51,334 nt of DNA from Octopus bimaculoides. Taxonomy: Eukaryota. Location: positions 35,729,414-35,780,747 of the forward strand of contig NC_068994.1 in the NCBI RefSeq assembly GCF_001194135.2, read 5' to 3'. How positions within the stretch are numbered: the first letter of the stretch is position 1; each line of letters opens with the position of its first letter. Shown in pieces: positions 25,772-38,849 of this stretch. The notes beneath the pieces are model-generated. The model saw only the letters and a program-made list of their open reading frames with translations, had not been told where the DNA came from and did not search any database. The position numbers and the translations under genes are program-made.

Positions 25772-26400
25772 AGCAATGTTAAATCTCTGAACGAGGTATA
25801 AACAGTAACTGCACAACAGCGTGAAGTATATTTGCCACTTAAATGTGGCTAAACTCTAAGGGTGAATGTTACTGTTGCTTTTAGCCCCACCCCTCGTTGA
25901 TCACATGTGACCAGTGGCTACTACTTTCCTTTCCTCTTTTGGCCACTGCCAAGCAAGCACGAACTTTATTCTCTCTTCCCCTCAAGTTCGTCAAATCACA
26001 GCGTTCAGTATATATATTTTTTTCTCGTCTGGCCTAACAGCCCTCCATGTTGTTTTCACTGTTTCGTTTTCTCTGTCGTGTTTTTTGTTTGCTACTTAAT
26101 TCCTCCGCATCACAAATTTTATTCAATTTGCTTTGCGGGAAGAGCTATTCTAACAATGCGTCCTGCCCTAACTCTTTGAAACGCTTAGTTTAAAATAGGG
26201 GTAGCTGATGAAGGAAATGTTCTCTGTGTGGTCTGTCTGTTTTCCTGTGTGTTCCTTCCGTTGTCCGAAAAAATGTTTGTTTTCTGTGCTCTGTTTATGT
26301 TCTCGTTTTTTCATTTTGTCCACGTTTCTTTGTGATGTTCTGTACCCAGATATGCATCTATATATACATGTAGATGTAGGTTTGTACATACATGTACTCA
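25770..26400. repeat. Unclassified CpG-richer interspersed-repeat-like segment
   Basis: Compositionally distinct, bounded by TA microsatellites; no second copy in window. Confidence 0.35.
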
Positions 26401-26426
26401 CATATTATTTGTATTATTATACACAC

Positions 26427-26523
<97 letters not shown>

Positions 26524-26863
26524 CAAACATGTTTATATGTATATCAGGGTGACTTCTGTCATACATTTGAAGGTACATAGAATATATATTCTTTCTTACC
26601 AGCTGTTTCTCATTGTAATGAAATATTTATATTAAAATCTGATTTGATATTTGCACTTATTTATATATTACTTAGGTATGCATTGCTTATCTTGCATTTA
26701 TGAAGATAATGCCAGTGACATACGTACATTCTTATATGTGTACATACACTCATGTATGTATATATGTATATATACATATACATAAGGTATATGTATATAT
26801 ACATAAATATATTTAGACATATAAAAAGATATATACATATATGCATATCATATAAATACATAC

Positions 26864-26951
<88 letters not shown>

Positions 26952-27900
26952 CATACACACACACATATTCACACATATGTACATATGCTGATAGATGGAG
27001 TTTTATGCGTTGTGTGTATGATGTTGTTGCATGTATGTTATGTGTACCCATGTAAACATGCACACACATATATACACATACATCTAAACACATGCATGTT
27101 CATATATGTGTGCATGTTCACATATGCACACACAAATCATACACACAATGCATTCTCATTCTCCATTTATCTCTCAGGAATACCAGCTCTTCTCACTTTT
27201 GTTCCCTTATCTCTTAGCAATATCTGTATCTTCCTTTCAGGTTCACTCTTTCTCTGCAATGACATATCTTTTTTCTCCTCTCTCTCTATATCTCTCTCCC
27301 TCCCCCCTCTCTCTTAATTGTAATACAACTCACCACCACTCATAGCAAAAATGTTTAGCATGGAACCTGGAAGAGAACAAGTCACACACTATTCAGTGAA
27401 GAGGGGAATGTCTACAGTGATTTCACCTTAAGACCTTTGAGCCAGCTCAAAGTATTCCATATTCCAAAAAAGCCCTATCACATACAGTCAACCATTTTAT
27501 TTCCAATCCATGGACAAGACATGCTTTGGAAAATGCAAGTCTCAGCTGGACCCAGTTCACTTTTGCTACAATACAATCATGAAACATGCAATAATGTTCA
27601 TTGAGTATAAGGCCAGACACAATAACTTGTAAGCATTCGTTAATGCCATATTGCACAGACACGATTAGATCAAACTGGCAGTCACATTTCTTTCTTCCAT
27701 TTCAACTGTTCTGCATATTGAACTACCGTACTTGTCATGCTTCATATAGTTCCTTTATTAAAAGGAATTGTTGTTGGCTAATTGACTTATTGATTACCTA
27801 TAGCTTAGGTTACAAACAAAATCATATTTGCATTAATGTATTATCCCTGCATAATTTTTTTAAATTTACTTGCATGTTTTTGTTTTGTAATATACACACA

Positions 27901-27932
<32 letters not shown>

Positions 27933-28025
27933 ACATATCATATAGTATATATGTACATGTGTACAAACACACGTACACACACATATATGTTTGTATGCAT
28001 GTATATATATGTATGTATGTTTATA

Positions 28026-28074
<49 letters not shown>

Positions 28075-28225
28075 NNNNNNNNNNNNNNNNNNNNNNNNNN
28101 NNNNNNNNNNNNNNNNNNNNNNNNNNNNNNNNNNNNNNNNNNNNNNNNNNNNNNNNNNNNNNNNNNNNNNNNNNNNNNNNNNNNNNNNNNNNNNNNNNNN
28201 NNNNNNNNNNNNNNNNNNNNNNNNN

Positions 28226-28320
<95 letters not shown>

Positions 28321-29064
28321 TTAAATATACATATTATATTATAGCATGTCCATCACACCTGAACAGACGCCTAAATGCTTTGTGACAAATCATGGCAGTA
28401 ATCTAATATATTGTATAGTTGCACAGAAGTTCTAAATAATCAATTGGTATGTGTTGATACATTTTCACACATTTATATGGGTGTGAAGATTTATAGTGCC
28501 CGTATATGTCTGTGTGCATATATATTTATATATGTGTTTTCGTATGTGTGTATGTATATATGTGTGTATACATATATGTATATATGTATATGTGTGTATA
28601 TGTATATATGTGTGGATGTTTGTGTGTATGTGTATATATGTATGTATATGAAAGAGAGGAAGGAAGAAAGAGACATGTGCATGCATATATGCATATCAGT
28701 ATCTTGATGCATACGTGCTTAAATGAAAATAATTGTTTTAATAAATGTATGAATGCACGGACATACCTGTGTGTGGGGGTGTATGTGCAAGTGTGCATGT
28801 ATATATGCAAGTGTGTGTGTGCATAACTTTTGCTGATGTATATCAGCAAAGGGTGTGAAAAGCATCAAGGGAAGTGAAAAACTGATACTTCACAAACAAA
28901 ATCCCTTGCAGTATTTGTTCTGCACTGAGTTACAAATATTTCCTTGTCACTCTTGCTGACAGAAATGCAGTGATTTGCACAGTGGAAATCTGTAACCAGA
29001 TACTTCTGTTCAGCAATGGTGGCATAAAATTTCACATACACACACACACATACACACACACATA

Positions 29065-29656
29065 TGATGCGGTGAATGAATTGTCGTCGGGATTACAGAA
29101 AAATGAAAATAAAACTGACATGCCATTTTAACAGAAATATTTACCAAAATTACACAAAAATATCTTGAAATACTCAAGAGTAAATTTATTCAATAAAATC
29201 GCCAATGGCTTCAACCACATGACTTCAGAATCTCCTGCAACTCTTCTGGATGGTCTCCTTGTTTAAGTTGGTGAATGCTGTCCTAATCCTTGCCTGCCTT
29301 CAGTTCATCTTTGGTGTTACAAGGAGTTTTATTGGTCTCTTACGCGTCTGCACCCTACACATAATAATCAAGGGGGGTTTCAGTCTGGGGAATTAGGTGG
29401 CCAGAGTTTAGAGGTGATGTGGTTGCAGAAATTATCTGATAGCCATCACTGGGTTCTCCTACATGTGTGGCATGGTGCAGAGTCCTGTTGCCAGACATAG
29501 GTTCTTCCAGCAGCCACCTTCTTGACCCAGGGCAGCACTACCTCCTCCGGGCACTTGATGTAGGCCTCTGTGTTGAGTGTGCGGCCGTGTGGGAAAATGA
29601 ATGGAGGTTTAATGTTGCTATCACATGTGATCACTCCAAATACCATGATGTTGACT
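29065..29656 (-). pseudogene. DD37D (maT/Bmmar1-like) transposase 3' fragment and right end
   Basis: VWQQDSAPCHT...WPPNSPD*NPLD with 37 residues between the two D (one 1-nt slip); stop at 29186-88. Confidence 0.85.
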
Positions 29657-29774
29657 GAACAACATATATATTTGCCTAAAAAGAACTAGTCTACATCATG
29701 AGAGATGTCTAAACATAGACTTGGTGGTTTCTTACATATACATGCACAAACATACTTAAATGTATATATACATA

Positions 29775-29818
<44 letters not shown>

Positions 29819-30031
29819 TATATAAAATGGTATGTCTTTTCTACTCCTCTGATGAGATTTTGCCCAATACAATGATTTAATGACTAAATTTATTTCTTTG
29901 GGCAAAACTGAAACAGCTGTAAGAAAGTATGTTGAATTTTTGAAGTTAATAAATTATATTAATGCTAGACTGCCATTTTCTGAATTTTAATTTATATATA
30001 TATATATATAACCAGCACAAACGTACATATG

Positions 30032-30455
30032 TTTCTATCTAACAAAACTACACACAAGGCTTTGGTTGGCTCAGTACTATATGACACTTGCCCAAGATGC
30101 CAGGCATGGTTGTGTGGTAAAATGTTTGCTTCCAGATTAAATGGCCCTGGGCTCAGTTTCACTATGTGGCACCTTGGGTAAGTATTTTCTGCTATGGTCA
30201 CAGGCCAACCAAAGCCTTGTGTGCGGACTTGGTAGATAGAAACTGAAAGAAGCCTGTTGTATGTTTGTGTTTGTCCCACACCACTCCTTGACAACCAGTG
30301 CTGCTGTACTTATATACACATAACATAGCATTTCAGCAAAAGAGACTGATAGAATAAGTGAGCAACTATAAGAACTGGGGGCAATTTGCTTGACTAAGAT
30401 TCTTCAAGGCAGTGCTTCAGTATAGCTGCAGTTTAATGACTGAAACAAGTGAATG
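30032..30455 (+). mobile_element. SINE family B (30099-30455) preceded by an inverted fragment of the same family (30032-30102)
   Basis: Reverse complement of 30032-30102 aligns to 30167-30242. Confidence 0.8.
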
Positions 30456-31052
30456 ATTTAAAGATATAAAAGACACACAGACATGCACATGTGCGCACAC
30501 ACTGAAACACACACACACACACACACAGATATATTGGAGAATAGAAGATTGGAGTGTGTCATGCCATGGGTTTATATGTTTCCTCAAAAAATGAACAGTG
30601 TGTTCCAAAACCAGCTCCAACTTTGCAAATGATGCTAAAAAAGCTTGCGTTTCTAGTTTTATTATTCTTTTAATTTTTGATATTCAATGTATCATTTTAC
30701 AGCAAGACTAAATTTGATACAATCAAATAAATATAGTTTATGCATTATATATGCTTTCAAATATTGAACTATTTTGTCTGTAACTGATCGATCAATACAC
30801 ATGAAGAGGGGCAAACCACTGGTGCATGAATTTTCTATTTTCAATAACATAAAAAGAAGTGGGTGGAGAACTGGACAAGAGTGATAAGAGAGGCAAACTA
30901 AAGAAGCAGGTTTCACATAGAAAGCCAGAGTGACAAAGAACAAACAAAATGTCAGTGATACAATGAATGAGAATAAATATATGTGTATATATGTACGCAT
31001 ATAAGTGTGTGTGTGTGTATATATAACATATATACACACATACACACATATG

Positions 31053-31115
<63 letters not shown>

Positions 31116-31864
31116 NNNNNNNNNNNNNNNNNNNNNNNNNNNNNNNNNNNNNNNNNNNNNNNNNNNNNNNNNNNNNNNNNNNNNNNNNNNNNNNNNNNNN
31201 NNNNNNNNNNNNNNNNNNNNNNNNNNNNNNNNNNNNNNNNNNNNNNNNNNNNNNNNNNNNNNNNNNNNNNNNNNNNNNNNNNNNNNNNNNNNNNNNNNNN
31301 NNNNNNNNNNNNNNNNNNNNNNNNNNNNNNNNNNNNNNNNNNNNNNNNNNNNNNNNNNNNNNNNNNNNNNNNNNNNNNNNNNNNNNNNNNNNNNNNNNNN
31401 NNNNNNNNNNNNNNNNNNNNNNNNNNNNNNNNNNNNNNNNNNNNNNNNNNNGTGTGTGTGTGTGTGAGTGAGTGTGTGTGAGTGTGTGTGTGTGAGTGTG
31501 TGTGAGTGTGTGTGTGTGTGTGAGTGAGTGTGTGTGTGTGTGTGTGCTTGTGCGAGCATGTGTGTTTGTGTATATACTGCCTTTTTGCTTTATCACTTGT
31601 AATATATGTGCGGGTATATCTTGCTTTTATTAATTCTTCAACTTGCTTCAATCATTTGACTGTGGCTATGCTGGAGCAGCACCTAGGAAGGTCTTATTTG
31701 GAAAAATTGAACATACTGTTAATTTTATGAGCCTGGTACCTCTTCAGTTAGTCTGTTTTGCTGAACTGCCACATCATGAGAACACAAACAAATCTGCATC
31801 AGTTGTCGAGTAGTATGTGTGTAGTAGGCTTTGAGGAGGCTGAGGTTAGATGAGTGGCTTGTGA

Positions 31865-32575
31865 AAGCTGTACAGGCCAGATGCTGTCAGTAAGGTGAGA
31901 GTTAACCATGAGTACAGCAAAGAATTTGGTGTTCAGGTAGGTGCTCATCAAGGCTCAGTCCTAAGTCCCCTCCTTTACATCACTGTCATCCAGGCCATAA
32001 CAGAGGAATTCAAGACCAGCAGCCCTTGGGAACTACTATATGCTGATGATCTTGCCCTCATAGCAGACTCCATATCAGAGCTTAAGGTTAACCTAGCAAA
32101 GGGCCTTGAGGTTAACTTAGCAAAAACAAAGGTTTTTGTAAGCAAGAAAACAAACAGGACCCTACCTGCTTCAGGTTGATTTGTAGGAAATGTGTAGGCA
32201 GGAACTCTATATGGTGCATTAGGTGTAAACAAAAGACACACAAGATGTGCAGTGGATTAATAGGAATGTTATCAGAGAAAGTAGTATTTGTATGTGGAAG
32301 ATGCACAGGATAAAAACTACAGAGACTCAAGAAATCGATCTCAAATTCTCTGGTGACTCATTAGAGATAGTCGATAATTTCTTATATCTAAGGGAACAAA
32401 TTAGTAGTGGTGGAGGATGCACAGAGAGTGTGATAGCCAGAATAAGATAGAGGAAATTCAGAACTTTTAGCTCTGTTGGCTACAAAATGTTTCTCTTTTC
32501 GAGTGAAAAGTAGGTTATATGATTCATGTATATGGACAACAATTTTACATGGTAGTGAGATGTGGGGCTTGAATT
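31865..32575 (+). pseudogene. RTE-clade LINE ORF2 fragment (RT C-terminal half, Cys-rich insert, thumb)
   Basis: GAHQGSVLSPLLYI...LLYADDL...LEVNLAKTK; later LEIVDNFLYL...CTESVIARIR; LHGSEMW. Frameshifted. Confidence 0.88.
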
Positions 32576-32599
32576 TGGGGGCGGGGGCTAACTGATCAT

Positions 32600-32757
32600 A
32601 TCAACCCCAGTAATCAACTGGTACTTGTTTTTTCAACCCCAAAAGGAAAAAAAGGAAAAGTTGACTTCAGCAGAATTTGAACTCAGAATGTAAAGACAGA
32701 TGAATGAAATGCCAGTAAGTATTTTACCCAGCATGCTAATGATTCTACCAGCTTGCA
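32600..32757 (-). mobile_element. SINE family A
   Basis: GAATTTGAACTCAGAATGTAAAGACAG and ACTGGTACTT motifs. Confidence 0.8.
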
Positions 32758-33669
32758 CGTGTGTGTGTGTGTGTGTGTGTGTGTACTCTTTAATTATATT
32801 ATCAGTTTCAACCAGGGACTGTGGTCATGCTGGGGCACTGTCATTAGAAATTATTGTTGCCTGCAGCTGCTACTTTCTTGTTATAAGCATTTGTTTTATG
32901 TGTATGATTTTTTTGCATACTCCTTATTGACCAGATCTAAAATCAATTGAATTCCAACTGTGACCACCCTGTCATCTCAAGGAAAATGTCTCAGATTACT
33001 TACCTATTGTACTGTTTCCTCATTTAATACAGTAGACTTGCATAAGAGGCAGGTTTGTCTGCTATATCTAGCAAGTCAAGTATATGTATAGCAGCTCCCT
33101 CATATCACTGACTTGTATGTACTTAAGCAGTAAACGTAGTTATTGTTTAGCTCCAGATTAGCTCTGACTGAGCCTATCTATAATCACAGTCATTTCATTC
33201 ATAACTATTCATGTTTTACCAATGTACAAGGAATCCATGACAAATTTGTGCTTACCTAAAACAGTTCTGTATGATTTGAGGGTTACTTGGTTGATATCTG
33301 GCTTCTATTACTAGCATTTCAGGTGATCACACAATGGCTTCACATAGTGGCTTCGCATAATGTCTCCTCCATCTAATTAGCTTATGTATATGGCAGTTTA
33401 ACCACTCAGCACAGATATACTCATAGATATAGTATTTAAATACATATTTAACAGCACTAAACATTAGAATGTATCCATGTTTTCTGGCAGAAAATTTCAG
33501 GATTATCATTTCCATGTCTAACCTCATCTGTTGTCATGAATATTGGATAATAGCTGAAAGAGCCTCATCACTGAAATGGGGTTCCTCCTAAGGATCTTTG
33601 ATGTAATGTTACTCAACAGGGTGCTTAGCTCAAAAAAGTCAAAGTGTCACTCCAGGTGAAGTCACTATT

Positions 33670-33900
33670 TCTCCACATTGAGAAGTCATAGTTTCAGTGC
33701 TGTGAACATATGGTTAGAAAACAGATTCTTCAAGCTGAGCTGTCTGGCAGGAGACCTCAGGGAAGACCTCAAGCAAGATGGTTGAATTACATATATAGTG
33801 TCAATTGATTCCTCTTGGGAATCCAGCAGGGAAATGTAATGATGATTGTTTCTGAGAACTCTACCTCCATGACCCTCCCAGAAATAGTGGGCAGAGAAAA
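33670..33900 (+). pseudogene. RTE-clade LINE C-terminal fragment
   Basis: RKQILQAELSGRRPQGRPQARWLNYI, the typical RTE GxRxRGRPxxRW tail. Confidence 0.7.
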
Positions 33901-34177
33901 TGGGTGGACAGATCATTTTCCTCGGCATCATTTTTATAACATCCACTTTTCCTTGCTGGCATGGGTCAGACAGAATTTGTTGAAGCATATTGTCTACAGC
34001 TGTATACTGTTCCTATTTCCAGCCCTCATCTGCTTCATGGTCACACTTGTTCTCATAGAAGATTAAACATGAAGCATATTGCTTATACAATAATGATGCA
34101 TGTTTTCAACCATCATGTGATGTCAAGACAAGGCAGCAGAAGCACCCCCACACATATACATGTATATTTATTTATAG

Positions 34178-34340
34178 AACAGGCTTCATTCGTTTTCCCA
34201 ACTACCAAATCCACTCACAAGGCTTTGGTCAGCACATAGCTATAGCAGTAAGCCCATCCTCAAGGTGTGACACAGTGAGATTGAACCTGAAACTATGTGG
34301 TTGATAAGTATACTTCTTAACCAGACAACCTTGTCTGCAA
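34178..34340 (-). mobile_element. SINE family B, 5' half (3' half fragment also at 34750-34925, minus)
   Basis: CCAAATCCACTCACAAGGCTTTGGTC...TTGAACCTG...ATGTGGTTG. Confidence 0.75.
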
Positions 34341-34940
34341 ATAATCATATCATTTAAACTAATTACTGGTATCTATTGATCATTACAAATTTAACTTGTT
34401 AACTAGAATATGCTTCATTGATGAGATCCAATAAGACATAAATATGACTGTTTCTGCCAGCACAAATCCATGTCAATCAATGTAGTCTATTTTCCACAAA
34501 TTTCAATTACCTAGTCTTAGTGGAGTTAGCTCCCTTCTTGTTGTTCATAGATATAAAAAAATTCCCAAGGGGCAATGTTAGTCTACTAATTGCCTAGATA
34601 ACCTGAACTGACAGAGACGTTGTTATCTGTGTATTTAGTATTCAGAACACTTCCCAGGGGATGATTTTACCTCAGCTCTATGATTAATAGTAAGTGGCAT
34701 AATTGTTTGTGGGCCAGACAAAAATAAATAAATTGCTATATTTAATTACATTTTTTATCTTTTACTTGTTTAAGCCTTTGAACTGCAACCATGCTGGGGC
34801 ACCACCTTGAAGGGATTTAGTTGAGCAGATTATTTTCTGTAACTGTGGTATTTATACTATCAGCAGATGTAAACAAACCTGCACCAGTTGCAAAGTGGTG
34901 GGGGAGAAACACAGACACAAAGACATACATACTTACATAC

Positions 34941-35001
<61 letters not shown>

Positions 35002-35371
35002 NNNNNNNNNNNNNNNNNNNNNNNNNNNNNNNNNNNNNNNNNNNNNNNNNNNNNNNNNNNNNNNNNNNNNNNNNNNNNNNNNNNNNNNNNNNNNNNNNNN
35101 NNNNNNNNNNNNNNNNNNNNNNNNNNNNNNNNNNNNNNNNNNNNNNNNNNNNNNNNNNNNNNNNNNNNNNNNNNNNNNNNNNNNNNNNNNNNNNNNNNNN
35201 NNNNNNNNNNNNNNNNNNNNNNNNNNNNNNNNNNNNNNNNNNNNNNNNNNNNNNNNNNNNNNNNNNNNNNNNNNNNNNNNNNNNNNNNNNNNNNNNNNNN
35301 NNNNNNNNNNNNNNNNATGTGTTTATATATATATATATATGTATATATATATGTATGCATATATGTGTATG

Positions 35372-35427
<56 letters not shown>

Positions 35428-35444
35428 CTATATGATATGTAAAT

Positions 35445-35728
35445 GCCAGTACCACCTGACTTGCTCCTGTACTGGCGGCACATAAAAAGCACAATCCAAA
35501 TGTGATCGTTGCCAGGCCCCTCCGAACTGGCTCCTGTGCCAGTGGCACGTAAAAAGCACCCACTACACTCTTGAAGTGGTTGACGTTTGGAAGGGCATCC
35601 AGCTGTAGAAACATTGCCAGATCAGATTGGAGCCTGGTGCAGTCACTGACTCTCCAGATCTCAGTCAAAACCATCCTACCCATGCCAGCATGGAAAACGG
35701 ATGTTAAATGATGATGATAATGATGATG
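35445..35728 (+). mobile_element. SINE family C
   Basis: Two copies of the GGCAC(A/G)TAAAAAGCAC motif, GGAAGGGCATCCAGCTGTAGAAAC, (GAT)n tail. Confidence 0.85.
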
Positions 35729-35739
35729 TGTTGGTCTTT

Positions 35740-35905
35740 GTGTCTGTGTTTGTCCACCCGCCACTACTTGACAACCGATGTTGGTGTATTTAGGTTCCTG
35801 TAACTTAGCAGTTTGGCAAAAGAGATCAATAGAATAAGTACTAGGCTTAGAATATAAGTCCTGGCCACAGTCAAATAACTGAAACAAGTAAAAGAATAAA
35901 AGAAT
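35740..35905 (+). mobile_element. SINE family B, 3' half
   Basis: TTGACAACCGATGTTGGTGT...AGAATAAGTACTAGGCTT...CTGAAACAAGTAAAAGAA. Confidence 0.85.
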
Positions 35906-36084
35906 ATATATATGTATATGTATGTGTCACTCCTTGTTGTCTTTTTAGGAATATGAAGTTACTAGGAGGAGTGGAATCCCAGTCCCATTGTTCTTGCCCC
36001 TTTTTGTCACCTCTTATGCCATGCAGGGAATACGGCAACTGCAGTCTAGCGGTCCCCAACACCCAGTCACAGGGGGGAACCAGT

Positions 36085-37700
36085 AGAATGCAGTATATAT
36101 GACAGTGATTGAATGGTTAGAGATTGAATGTTTGTTATATGACTGGAAGAGTACCAAAGGACTGGTGCAGTGCCTGTACAGTGCCACTGTACAAGGGTAA
36201 AGGGGATAAACTTGAGTGTGGAAATTTTAGAGGTATAAGTCCATTGTGTGTAGTTGGTAAACTGTATGGGAGAATTCTGATTGTAAGGGCAAGGAACCAA
36301 GCAGAGAGTGTACTAGGGAAGAAGTAGTGCAGTTTTAGGAATGGAAGGGGTGTGCAGATGAAATATTTAAGGTAAGGTAGCTGTGAGAAGTTTTTGGTGA
36401 AAGGGAGGAATGTGCATTGGGCCTTTATGGACCTAGAGAAGGCATATGACCATGTGGATAGGGTTGCCATGAGGCAGGTGTTGCAGTTGTAAGGAGTAGA
36501 TGGTGGATTGTTGATAGCTGTACAGTGTTTTTATAGAGAATGTAGGATGTGCATTAGGGTGGGTGGTGAAGTAAGTGAGTGGTTTGATGTGAAGGTGTGT
36601 TTAAGACAGGGTTGTGTGATGTCTCCATGGCTGTTTAATTTATGATATATGGATGGAGTGGTGAGAGAGGTAAATGCTAGAACCCTTGGTAGGGAAGCCC
36701 AAATGGTGGGATAAATTGAAGAGAAATGGCAAGTGAGTCAGTTGTTGTTTGCTGATGATACAGCACTGGTGGCAGATTTGAAAGAGCAAGTGAGGAGACT
36801 GGTAGTAGAGTTTGGAAGAGTGTGTGAGAGGAGGAAACTGAATGCGAATGTAGCTAAGAGTAAGGTGATGAGATGTTCAAGAGATGGAATGGCTGGTAGG
36901 ATGGATGTGAGTATAAATGGTGAGATGTTAGAGGAGGTGAGTGTTTTTAAGTATCTTGGATCACGGTGGATGGGAGGTTGGTTGAGGAAGTGGGATATAG
37001 AGTGAGGAAATAGAGTAAGATACTTGGAGTTGTGAAAGGTATGCTGAGAGATAAAAGGTTGAGTATGAAAGCTAAAAGAGGTGTGTATGAGGGCGTGACT
37101 GTGTTGACAATGTTATATGTTGCAGTCGTGGGGGCTGAGAGACACAGAAAGGAGGTGACTAGATGTGTTTGAGATGAGATGGCTGAGGGCTAAGGTTGGT
37201 GTGACACGGATGGAGAGGATGAGGAATGAGGAGGTGTGAAGGTGAGCAGGAATGAGAGAAAAACTAACAACCAAAATGGATAGACGAACGTTGAGGTGGT
37301 TTGGCCACATGGAGACAATGGATAAGGAGTGGATTGTAAGGAGGAGGATGAAGGCAGAACCAGAGGCAGACCTCAGTTTGTGTTGATTGATGGAGTGAGG
37401 AAAGTTTTGGTGGTTAGAGGTGTTGGAGTGAGAGAGGCAAGCGAGTTTATAAATGATAGGAAAGCTTGAAGAGTATTTGTGGATGGATGAGTGAATTTGA
37501 TGTCGCTCAATGGGACCTGGAACCAGCATGAGGTGGCAGGGGTATACCAGCACATGCTGTTGGGCCCCACTGCTGATATTGGGGGTTGCGTTCTGTGCCC
37601 TGACCCAAGCATGGGATGGGGCTCGCCTCTTTGAGCTGGGAAATGAATAGAATGCCTGGTGTGTGTCTTGTTGTGGCTACCCCCACCTAAAAAAAAAAGA
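36085..37700 (+). mobile_element. 5'-truncated RTE-type LINE: degenerate RT, thumb, 3' UTR, A-rich end
   Basis: VPKDWCSACTVPLYKGKGDKLECGNFRGISPL; DLEKAYD; RQGCVMSPWLF; QLLFADD; FKYLGS; LRWFGHME; several stops; A-run near 37689. Confidence 0.9.
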
Positions 37701-37809
37701 ATGGGGAATAGGTCTGGGTATATATATATAATATATGTATGTGTGTTTGTGCTTGTGTTTATTCCTCACACATGAGAACAGGTTTTCATTTGTTACTTAA
37801 ATGTTACTC

Positions 37810-38015
37810 CCTGTTACTTAACAGTTTGGCAAAAGAGAATGACAGAATAAGTGCCAGACTTTAAAACTTAGCACTAGTATTGCAGTTGATTTGTTAGACT
37901 AAACCTTTCAAGATGGTACCCCATTGTGTTTGCAGTTGATTTGATAGACTAAAGCTTTCAAGATGGTACCCCATTGTGTTTGCCGTCCAATAACTGAAAC
38001 AAGTAAAAGATCAAA
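37810..38015 (+). mobile_element. SINE family B 3' part with a 50-bp tandem duplication
   Basis: 37881-37930 and 37931-37980 differ at 2 positions. Confidence 0.8.
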
Positions 38016-38423
38016 GATTAACAGATAAAAATATACATGCGACACACATGCACATGCGCGCACACACACACATGCACACAACCACAAATACAAACACATT
38101 CGAACGCTTACACATGCACACACACATATAGAGAGAGGGGAGAGGGGAGAGGGGGAGGGTAGGAAGAGGAAAGTGTGTGAAGCGGATAAACTGCTGAAAA
38201 CAGTCAAACACAGAAGCACATGTTCAAAGTATGTGTATTGATCTCTACAGTTCGAATAAAAATTTCCAATTTTAGGCAGACACACGGAGACAGTCTGACA
38301 TTCGGTGAAGGCGATTTCGACACAAAAATCAGCACGAACACACAGACACACAGAGATCCGTATAAGAATTGGTTAGTGGAGAATTGCCTCCCTTGCAACG
38401 GACGTATCTTGTATAGGAATATT

Positions 38424-38638
38424 CTTTTCTTTCCTACTCTAGGCAAAAAGGCCCGAAATTTGGAGGGAGGGTGCCAGTCGATTAGATCGACCCAGTACAA
38501 AACTGATACTTAATTTATCGACCCCAAAAGGATGAAAGGCAAAATCGACCTCAGCGGAATTTGAACTCAGAACGTAAAGACATACCGCTAAGCATTTTGC
38601 CCGGCGTGCTAACGTTTCTATCAGCTTGCTGCCTTCTA
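38424..38638 (-). mobile_element. Full-length SINE family A with 13-bp TSD
   Basis: GTATAGGAATATT at 38411-38423 and 38639-38651; B box GAGTTCAAATTCC on minus strand. Confidence 0.92.
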
Positions 38639-38849
38639 GTATAGGAATATTTACTAAATTTGAATATATTTTCGACTTAAAGTATTAGATCAATGTTATA
38701 TATAACGGACAATGACTGCCCCACTATCTGTGAAGAATGAAGGGTGTACTGACTAATTACCTTGCTTGATAAAATAACGATAGTTTTAAACTTTTTAATT
38801 ATCCAACTTCATGTCAAAGAAGAAGGCATTATATGGTTCTTTTCCATTT

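Noticed and set aside
26178-26275. Second functional hammerhead ribozyme
   Set aside because: Core words are present but stem I and a correctly placed GAAA after stem II cannot be formed.
28865-29040. Protein-like 55-aa minus-strand ORF
   Set aside because: No recognisable motif or convincing splice boundaries.
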